Source of the DNA: an uncultured Methanosarcinales archaeon
GTDB lineage: Archaea; Nanobdellota; Nanobdellia; Woesearchaeales; GW2011-AR15
Direction of reading: 5' to 3'
DNA: 64,000 nucleotides
Assembly: GCA_964537195.1 (NCBI GenBank)
Contig: CAZHYZ010000001.1
Coordinates: 5,522 to 69,521, forward strand
Shown here: piece by piece, positions 57,172 to 64,000 of the stretch
Numbering within the stretch: position 1 is the stretch's first letter
Layout of the letters: each line of letters opens with the position of its first letter
Program-made: the position numbers and the translations under genes
Notes under the pieces: generated by a model
Databases searched by the model: none
The model's input: the letters and a program-made list of their open reading frames with translations, nothing else
Told to the model about the DNA's origin: nothing

Positions 57172-60100
57172 ATGAAATCCACAAAAAAATCTCAGATATC
57201 TTTATTTCTTATAGTGGGCTTGGTTTTGTTATTAGTTGTGTCCCTATTTGTAGTTGTAAGAATAAATATGAAGCGAGCAGATGTACAACAAGTTAAACAA
57301 GAAAGTATTACTTTTCAAAATCTTGAAGAAGATGCAGGATTGTATGTTGAAGATTGTATTGAGCAATCTGTTTTTGAGGGTATAGAGAATTATGGTCTTG
57401 ATTCACCAGGCATTCTTGAAGTATATGTAGGTGAACAGATTATGATTTGTACAGATGAGTTTAAGATATATGAGAACATAGCAGAGATATCTGAGGAAGA
57501 ACCAGTTGTCAATGTTGAGATTAATGACGATATAATTAATTTTAATATAGATTATCCAGTAATTTTTTCAAAAGGCGAAGAACAATTCAGATTAAAAAAA
57601 TTCAGCTATAGTTTTAGGACTAACACCTTAATTGATTCTGACGGCGGCATAATTGAAGAAGGCACAGTATATACAACAGAAGATGGAAGATTGAATCTTT
57701 ATTTTTCTGACGATACTACAGTAACAAAAGACGGTGATAGTGTTGATGCTATTAGTTTGAATGTTGAGGACGAACATATAAATGGATTGTCTAACGCTGT
57801 TGTGATAGGTTCTGTTTTATATGAAGGATTGCCTCATGGAGCAAAATTTAATCCTGCCATTGAGGTTACAGTTGAGCTTGATGAAGAAGACATTCAAGGT
57901 CTAGATACTTCTGCATTGAAATTAGCATATTATGATGATGATGCAGATTTGTGGATAACATATCCTAGTTACTTTGATGAAGAAAACATGGTTGTTCGTG
58001 GTAAAGTTGATCATTTCTCTTTGATATCCGTATCAATGTGTGGTTCAAGCGTGGATGGACAAGCTACAATGCAAATGAGTACAGGAGAGAAGACCTTTCC
58101 TATGGAGTTTATTTTTAAAGATCCTTTTTTAGATGGAGAAGACAACGGATGTAATCCAACCCATTGGATGTATAACTCTCTAGAGGATGACGAACACGGC
58201 AGTTATGGTTTTCATTTGTTGCCTGAATTCATGTCTTCTTTTGAATGCGAGTATGATAATTATGATATGACTACTTACTATTATGGAGAAGAATTTCCTG
58301 TGGATGTATGTGATTTAAACTCTGAACATATAAGGGACTGGGATAATGATGATGATCCTGCTTATGAATTTGGTGTTGGAGAAATTAAGATTTCTTTTTC
58401 AGGTATAGAAAACCCTCAAGAATTTACACTTTTTGCAGAAATGTCATCTGATCAAAGTAAGGAAGTTTATACCTATTTGGAAAATAAATGTGTTTCTGCT
58501 GCAAGTGCTTTTGCAAAAGAAAAGATTAAAGAAAAGTTTGACTGGGTTACAGACGACTTAATTAGTGGAGATGGAATTAGAGACGGAGCAACCCTACATT
58601 GTACAGCAGACCTTAGTGGAACAGAAGGAGACACTCTTGATTCCTTTATGGGCAGGGTTGCTATTGGAAGTATTGGAGTGCAATTTAATGAAGGAAGTAT
58701 AACAGATAATTTAGAAAATCCTGATTCTATTTGTTGGGGTGGAGGAAAATGTTCACCAGTCCAGACAATAGAAGATTATGGTGATGGAGTTCCCCTTGTT
58801 CCTGGGGCTACAAAAACCAGATTAGGTTTCTTTGCAACTCCAAAAACATTTGGGTTTGCATTTGAGCAACAAGAGCCATTTCAAGTGCTAACTACTTATG
58901 AAGATATTGGAGCAATAAAAGATGATGTTGACCAAACTTTTCATCCTTTGCTTGGAGAAGGAGAATTCACTTTTTATCTGAGAACTGGAGGAGATGCATG
59001 TGTTAGTTATGAACCTAGTGGATTAGGTTGTTGTGTTAACTCACAACAAGTTGGAGATGAAACAGTCATAACTGACTGCCAAGGAAAGCCCGATGAGAAT
59101 GGGTGTCGGGGGGAATTTTTTGATAAAGATTGTCATGAATTGTCTCAGTGTATAGGGAAAACAAATGATTTAGAAGCATTTCTCATACAAGAAGAAGTAG
59201 AAGTTGAGAATTATATTCTTAAAAGTACACCTTCTAACATAATAACTATTGCTTCTCAGGCAGGTTCAACCCCCATTAAAAACACTATTGCTACAGATCT
59301 TCAAAAAACACAAGGAGAAACAGATTTAAGTGTGGCAAATGATGATGAGTACCTTCCTTTAGTTTATGACATGTCCAAAATTGAGGGAAGAGACTGGTCT
59401 TGTTCTGATACTTGTTTATGGACAATAAATGAAGAACCTGGAAAAATATTGAGCGAGACAACTCAGCAAAAAACAAAATCAACACCTGCCTCTCCGGGTA
59501 AATTGAGATCAGGAACAAACACAGTTAAAGTCAGGGTAGCAAACTTAAATGATGTTTGTATGTATGCTCGGGCATTTCTACAATTAAAAGGACAAGGAGT
59601 TACTTTCTTTGATATCTCTGAAGATGTTGATAGACCACTAACAGAAGATGATTGTAAGGCTGTTGATAGTTGTTGGGTAAGTAGACCAAACATAGAAAAC
59701 GGCGGATTTTGTGTAGTTAAGGGAGAGAATAACGGAGGTTATTGTTGTTTTGGTGCAGAAGAGGGCAATTATATGTACCCATATCCACACTTTGAATATT
59801 TTGGTGACCAAGAATGTAAAGCAAATGAAAACGCACGACCAATGGATGAGTTGAGCTGTACCACCCAGGGTGGAAAATGGACAAATGGTTTTTGTGTTAG
59901 AGCCGGAGAATACAATGCAGAATATTGTGTTGTTGGTCCTACAGAAGAGAAGAATTATGTACATTATGAACTTGCAGAGGAAAATATCTGTCCTTGTGAA
60001 GATGGAAGAGAATGTCTTGTTGCCAGTGAGTGTGAGGTTGTGGATGAATATCATTCTGTGAGATGTTCTCAGACAGAGCAAGGAGAGAGAATGTATTGTT

Positions 60101-61245
60101 GTGATAGAAAAGAACCTGAGGAAGAAGTTATTGAAGAAGAACCCGTAGGACAACTAAGTTGTTCAAGTGGTGGAAATGCAATTATAGATGATAACGGAAA
60201 AAGGTTCTCTTACTGTACTTATGGTTGTAATCCAGGTCAAGATGAATGTAAAGATGATTTGATGAGTTGTCAAAATTCTGTTTGTTATTCTGATTGTTCT
60301 ACTAACTGTGATTCACAAGCAGACGATTATACAGATTGTTTGTTCACATGTCAAGAAAATTGTCCAGAATGTTATTCTGAGATTGACTGTGAGAAATTCC
60401 CCAATTATGAAACCACAGAATGGAAATGTGAAGGTAGCCGAGTAGTTCCACAGACATGTGGGGATGGCAATCTTGATCCTAATGAAGAGTGTGATGACGG
60501 CAACAATGATGATGGAGACGGGTGTAATGCAGAATGTATATTAGAATATTGTGGAGACGGCCTTATTAACAATGTTGATGAAGAATGTGATGATGGTGAT
60601 ACTGTTGGTTTAAACGGTTGCTCAGATACTTGCCAAATAGAAGACGGTTGGACATGTGATGAAGAGCCGTCTGTTTGTGTTAAGGAAGAGGTGACTATTT
60701 CAGATGTTCAGAGAGATAAACTTGAAAAGGAATTTCCTGGAACACGCATTGGAAATGCACAAGTCTTATCACAAATGATAACTACTTGTTATGAGTTATA
60801 TTATAGCCAACTTAAATCTGATTTATATGAATGTTTAGATAATTATGCTCCAAATATTGGACAAATTAACCAATTATCTTCAGATGCTTGGCCTTATACT
60901 TTTACTACTTGTGCAGTCTCTGAACCATATTTACAATGTCTCTGTTATGTAAATGCCTTTGGTGTTGCATCAGGCTACGAGGTATCTACAGCTTATGGTC
61001 TTGTTGGAGTAGACAGTAATTTAGAAGAATATACTGGCGAAAGTCAATTAGCAACAGGAAAATATGTTATATTTGGTGATAGTGCTCCAGGCCACATAGC
61101 ATATATTGTTGGTCAAGATAGTGAAGGAGACTATCTTTATACAGATGCCAACTCAAATGATGTTGGTGGAGTAGTTTATGGTGGAAAACTGAAGAATCAT
61201 CCAAGAGGTCAAATAACATATATAAGCAAAGTACCAAGAACTTAA
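57172..61245 (+). CDS. Giant secreted/membrane-anchored Cys-rich protein with DUF4215-like Cys repeats and a C-terminal CHAP-like amidase/peptidase domain
   Basis: N-terminal signal-anchor; 1357 aa and acidic; CGDGNLDPNEECDDGNNDDGDGCNAEC and CGDGLINNVDEECDDGDTVGLNGCSDTC repeats; the C-terminal QCLCYVNAFG (Cys) and GDSAPGHIAYIVGQDSEGDYLYTDANSN (His) match the CHAP pattern. Confidence 0.7.
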   Translation: MKSTKKSQISLFLIVGLVLLLVVSLFVVVRINMKRADVQQVKQESITFQNLEEDAGLYVEDCIEQSVFEGIENYGLDSPGILEVYVGEQIMICTDEFKIYENIAEISEEEPVVNVEINDDIINFNIDYPVIFSKGEEQFRLKKFSYSFRTNTLIDSDGGIIEEGTVYTTEDGRLNLYFSDDTTVTKDGDSVDAISLNVEDEHINGLSNAVVIGSVLYEGLPHGAKFNPAIEVTVELDEEDIQGLDTSALKLAYYDDDADLWITYPSYFDEENMVVRGKVDHFSLISVSMCGSSVDGQATMQMSTGEKTFPMEFIFKDPFLDGEDNGCNPTHWMYNSLEDDEHGSYGFHLLPEFMSSFECEYDNYDMTTYYYGEEFPVDVCDLNSEHIRDWDNDDDPAYEFGVGEIKISFSGIENPQEFTLFAEMSSDQSKEVYTYLENKCVSAASAFAKEKIKEKFDWVTDDLISGDGIRDGATLHCTADLSGTEGDTLDSFMGRVAIGSIGVQFNEGSITDNLENPDSICWGGGKCSPVQTIEDYGDGVPLVPGATKTRLGFFATPKTFGFAFEQQEPFQVLTTYEDIGAIKDDVDQTFHPLLGEGEFTFYLRTGGDACVSYEPSGLGCCVNSQQVGDETVITDCQGKPDENGCRGEFFDKDCHELSQCIGKTNDLEAFLIQEEVEVENYILKSTPSNIITIASQAGSTPIKNTIATDLQKTQGETDLSVANDDEYLPLVYDMSKIEGRDWSCSDTCLWTINEEPGKILSETTQQKTKSTPASPGKLRSGTNTVKVRVANLNDVCMYARAFLQLKGQGVTFFDISEDVDRPLTEDDCKAVDSCWVSRPNIENGGFCVVKGENNGGYCCFGAEEGNYMYPYPHFEYFGDQECKANENARPMDELSCTTQGGKWTNGFCVRAGEYNAEYCVVGPTEEKNYVHYELAEENICPCEDGRECLVASECEVVDEYHSVRCSQTEQGERMYCCDRKEPEEEVIEEEPVGQLSCSSGGNAIIDDNGKRFSYCTYGCNPGQDECKDDLMSCQNSVCYSDCSTNCDSQADDYTDCLFTCQENCPECYSEIDCEKFPNYETTEWKCEGSRVVPQTCGDGNLDPNEECDDGNNDDGDGCNAECILEYCGDGLINNVDEECDDGDTVGLNGCSDTCQIEDGWTCDEEPSVCVKEEVTISDVQRDKLEKEFPGTRIGNAQVLSQMITTCYELYYSQLKSDLYECLDNYAPNIGQINQLSSDAWPYTFTTCAVSEPYLQCLCYVNAFGVASGYEVSTAYGLVGVDSNLEEYTGESQLATGKYVIFGDSAPGHIAYIVGQDSEGDYLYTDANSNDVGGVVYGGKLKNHPRGQITYISKVPRT

Positions 61246-62471
61246 TCCTTTTTTTTCTTTTTTCCGTTTTTCTTTTTCTCTTTATTATTCCCATTTTCTG
61301 TTTTTGTCCTGTGTATAATTGTACCAAAAATAGAAACAATAGATGTGGCAAATATCAACAATAATACAAGCTCAGGAAATCCCGGAATTATAATGCCTTC
61401 ATTAAAAGGCAGGAAAGCTAATAATGTGGCTACAAAACCCCTTGGAACCATTGTAGATATCAAGAAAGCATGTTTGTTGTATCTTTTATCAACTAAAGAG
61501 ATTATGTTTACGCTGAGATATCTAGTTATGATCATTATCATAATAATTCCTAAAGCAGTTAAAGCCAAGTCCGTGGTTACAACACTTAAATCAGTAATCA
61601 TCCCTAGAAAAACAAAAAAGAAAGTTCTTATAAAAAAAGAGAAATCTAATTGTACTAGTTTTATAGATCTCAGAGATCTAATATGCTCTTGTGTATAATA
61701 CCTATCCTTTAGGTCGAGAGACTTCATTATAGAAGATAAATTACCTAATAACAAGGCAAATATCAGAACAGAAACAACTCCACTCCCACTTAAAAATTCA
61801 ACAAACCCATACTGTATAAATAACAGACCAAGGATAAAAACATAATTACGCTTTCTGTGAGGAGGAATTATTTTTGTTATCTCTAGCCATACAAAAAAGA
61901 AGAGAATCCCAAACATTGTTCCTAATGCTAACTGTACAATGAAAGTCTGTACACTAGAAACAACAGAAGATATTATCTCTGTGCTTGTCTCTTTTATTAA
62001 ATCTATAATTGTGACGGCAATAATTATCAAGGTAGTATCATTAAGTATTGATTCTAAAACAAGCAAATGGCGTGTTTCCTTGTTTATAGTCAAATCTTGT
62101 AAAAGCGATTGTACCATCACTGTGGTGGTTCCGCTAGAAACAATCCCTAAAAGAAAACCATGCAATAAATTCCAACCAAATACCAAATGAACAAAAAACC
62201 CGACAGACAAAGTAATTATTATGTTGACAACCACAGTAAAGAGTGCAGCATCAAACATCTTCTTAAATAGTGTAGAAACATCAAAATCAAGACCACTATC
62301 TATAAGAATAATGACAATAGCAATGGTCGCAAAGGTTCCAGAAAGTCCCCTTAAACTGGCAGGTTCTATTATTCCGAAAATAGGTCCTATCAAAAGACCA
62401 ATTAGAATCATAAATAAGGATTCAGGGATCTTTGTCTTCTCAGAGAAAATGTTTCCAGCATAGCCTATCAT
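61242..62471 (-). CDS. Na+/H+ (cation:proton) antiporter, CPA1 family
   Basis: 12-TM protein with N-terminal IPESLFMILIGLLIGP and a TDxxL-like segment typical of NhaP-type exchangers; Lys-rich C-terminal tail. Confidence 0.7.
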   Translation of the reverse strand: MIGYAGNIFSEKTKIPESLFMILIGLLIGPIFGIIEPASLRGLSGTFATIAIVIILIDSGLDFDVSTLFKKMFDAALFTVVVNIIITLSVGFFVHLVFGWNLLHGFLLGIVSSGTTTVMVQSLLQDLTINKETRHLLVLESILNDTTLIIIAVTIIDLIKETSTEIISSVVSSVQTFIVQLALGTMFGILFFFVWLEITKIIPPHRKRNYVFILGLLFIQYGFVEFLSGSGVVSVLIFALLLGNLSSIMKSLDLKDRYYTQEHIRSLRSIKLVQLDFSFFIRTFFFVFLGMITDLSVVTTDLALTALGIIMIMIITRYLSVNIISLVDKRYNKHAFLISTMVPRGFVATLLAFLPFNEGIIIPGFPELVLLLIFATSIVSIFGTIIHRTKTENGNNKEKKKNGKKKKKD

Positions 62472-62566
62472 AATTATTAATCCTAAAAAAAGGATTATCT
62501 CAAGTGCGATATATAATCACCCATCTTTTTCTCATGCTTGAAAACTGCCATACTTAAAAAACCTTT

Positions 62567-62923
62567 CTATATCTCTTTTAAACCATTTACTGTGTGTATA
62601 ATTAGTCTAATACCTAGACCCATTTTTAATAATGCTGAAAGCACAGCCATATGTTCTTTTCCTGTTCCAGAAACAAAATTCAACGCAACCTCAGGACCAG
62701 AGAGTTTATTTTTTAATTTTTCCTGAATATGATCTATAATTAATTCTATGCTTTCATTAGTATTTATCACAATAAACTCCATGTTCTCTTGTTTCTTGAA
62801 TGTGTTTGCACCAAATTCATTAGTTATAAGATAAATCTTGTCCCATTCTTCACTATTTATAACCTTAATTACTTGAGACCAGGTTCCTTTTCCAGTAGAA
62901 AGTATAGCAACTAGCTCTGTCAT
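62567..62923 (-). CDS. Hypothetical protein (119 aa)
   Basis: Start set at the internal Met ([13 protein letters not shown]), since the long upstream extension is Pro/Ser-rich and low-quality; Rossmann-like GTGKEH segment. Confidence 0.3.
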   Translation of the reverse strand: MTELVAILSTGKGTWSQVIKVINSEEWDKIYLITNEFGANTFKKQENMEFIVINTNESIELIIDHIQEKLKNKLSGPEVALNFVSGTGKEHMAVLSALLKMGLGIRLIIHTVNGLKEI

Positions 62924-62975
62924 ATTAATAGTAAATAGGGCAATACTTTTAAAAATTGCTATAAACCTATTAAAT

Positions 62976-63563
62976 ATGGGTAAAATAACTCTCTTGAATG
63001 AGCTTAGAGACGAAATTTTAAGGAATGAACTTCCTCTGAAAAAAGAAGCAAGAAATTTAGTCTTTGGTGGAGGAAATCCTGATGCAGAAGTTGTTTTTGT
63101 TGGTGAAGCACCAGGTAGAAATGAAGATATACAAGGAAGGCCCTTTGTAGGGAGAGCAGGTAATCTGTTAACAGAATTATTAACACACATAGGATTAAGG
63201 AGACAAGACGTTTACATTACAAACATAGTAAAATATAGGCCACCAAACAACAGAAATCCAACAACATCAGAAATAAGGGCACATTCTCCTTTTTTGGTAA
63301 AACAACTTAAGATAATAAATCCAAAGATTGTTGTTACGCTGGGAAATTTTTCCACAAAATTCTTATTAGCAAATTTTAGTGTTGACAGAATGAAGAATAT
63401 TTCAGGGATATCTGAAATACACGGTATGATGAAAAAAATTGATGCTATTGATTCTTTAATTATGCCTACATATCACCCTGCAGCAGCATTGTATAATCCG
63501 GGACTTAGGCCAATCTTAAAAATAGATTTTGAAAACATAAAAAAAGAATTAAATTCTGCCTGA
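62976..63563 (+). CDS. udg: Uracil-DNA glycosylase, family 4
   Basis: GEAPGRNED motif, [12 protein letters not shown], and a C-terminal HP(A/S) motif (TYHPAAAL). Confidence 0.85.
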   Translation: MGKITLLNELRDEILRNELPLKKEARNLVFGGGNPDAEVVFVGEAPGRNEDIQGRPFVGRAGNLLTELLTHIGLRRQDVYITNIVKYRPPNNRNPTTSEIRAHSPFLVKQLKIINPKIVVTLGNFSTKFLLANFSVDRMKNISGISEIHGMMKKIDAIDSLIMPTYHPAAALYNPGLRPILKIDFENIKKELNSA

Positions 63564-63998
63564 TTTCAAGTAGCTTTCAATATCTCTTCTATTCATGTGT
63601 GTTCCATGTGAGAATCTCTTTCTGTAATTTCCTCTCTGTTTTTTCAAATATAGGCCATACAACAAACCCACACCCAAACCAACAAGATGAGCTAAATTAG
63701 CTACATTTGAAGGTAAAAATATACCAACAAAATCAATTACAGCCCAAAGAATTCCAGCTACCCAAAGAGGCATAGGAATAGCAAAAAACAACAATAATCT
63801 CAAGTCAGGCATTAAAATTATTAGTGCTCCGATGATACCCATTAAGGCTCCAGATGCTCCTAAAGCAGGAGGTGCAGTACCATATATTAATTTGCTAAGA
63901 ACAACATGCCCTAATCCAGCCAATATGCCTGATATTAGATAGAGAGACAAGAATCTTTTTGGTCCTATTTTCTCTTCTAATAAAGGTCCGAAAATCAA
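63549..63998 (-). CDS. Rhomboid-family intramembrane serine protease (N-terminus probably beyond the window edge)
   Basis: GASGALMG (GxSG catalytic Ser) and AHLVGLGVG (catalytic His) in TM helices; the ORF runs to the window end. Confidence 0.6.
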   Translation of the reverse strand: MIFGPLLEEKIGPKRFLSLYLISGILAGLGHVVLSKLIYGTAPPALGASGALMGIIGALIILMPDLRLLLFFAIPMPLWVAGILWAVIDFVGIFLPSNVANLAHLVGLGVGLLYGLYLKKQRGNYRKRFSHGTHMNRRDIESYLKSGRI

Positions 63999-64000
63999 TA

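Noticed and set aside
59291-60153. Minus-strand ORFs inside the 1357-aa giant protein gene
   Set aside because: Shadow ORFs. No start context or motif support, and fully contained in a better-supported gene.
62924-63190. Long N-terminal extension of the 62567-63190 ORF
   Set aside because: The extension is Pro/Ser/Thr-rich and low complexity and runs into the udg promoter region. The internal ATG at 62923 gives a compact 119-aa protein.

Overview
This is an AT-rich stretch (about 30% GC by eye) of a densely packed archaeal chromosome. The gene content points to a small-genome, DPANN-like archaeon: Cdc48, aIF5B, aEF-1beta with its Zn-ribbon neighbour, GatE, Trm1, AlaX, RIO kinase, NAC, archaeal DNA ligase, intron-bearing tRNAs and giant Cys-rich surface proteins. 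The main blocks are:
- 1-7078: a protein-glycosylation cluster, with two GT2 enzymes (one of them Dpm1/AglD-like) and three polytopic GT-C-like membrane proteins.
- 8215-13242: a UDP-GlcNAc operon, glmM-suhB-glmU-glmS.
- 13470-22331: housekeeping genes, including an M18 aminopeptidase, an Endo IV-like protein, Cdc48, RIO kinase and PUA/DUF371 proteins.
- 22363-25111: a compositionally atypical two-gene island. It encodes a RelA/SpoT-type HD hydrolase homologue followed by a protein with weak alarmone-synthetase-like motifs. This is the candidate new system.
- 25108-35389: translation and other housekeeping genes (aIF5B, Trm1, aEF-1beta, NAC, MinD-like ATPase, GGR).
- 35514-39800: a surface-protein cluster that includes a TSP3-repeat Cys-rich protein.
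- 42662-42827: a tRNA-Trp(CCA) that appears to carry two introns (canonical 37/38 plus a non-canonical T-loop intron).
- 42862-52266: a minus-strand array of secreted hydrolases (GH-like, sulfatase-like, PDE/AP-superfamily, Cys-rich) with two small paralogous partner genes, and gatE.
- 52799-54883: DNA ligase and a tRNA-Thr(CGU) with a short intron. Its 3' end is duplicated 83 bp downstream as a 16-bp direct repeat.
- 57172-61245: a 1357-aa secreted Cys-rich protein with a C-terminal CHAP-like amidase domain.
- 61242-64000: a CPA1 antiporter, a family-4 UDG and a partial rhomboid.
No CRISPR array, rRNA or recognisable transposase was seen. The ORF track uses TTG/GTG as Met, so several starts were moved to in-frame ATGs.
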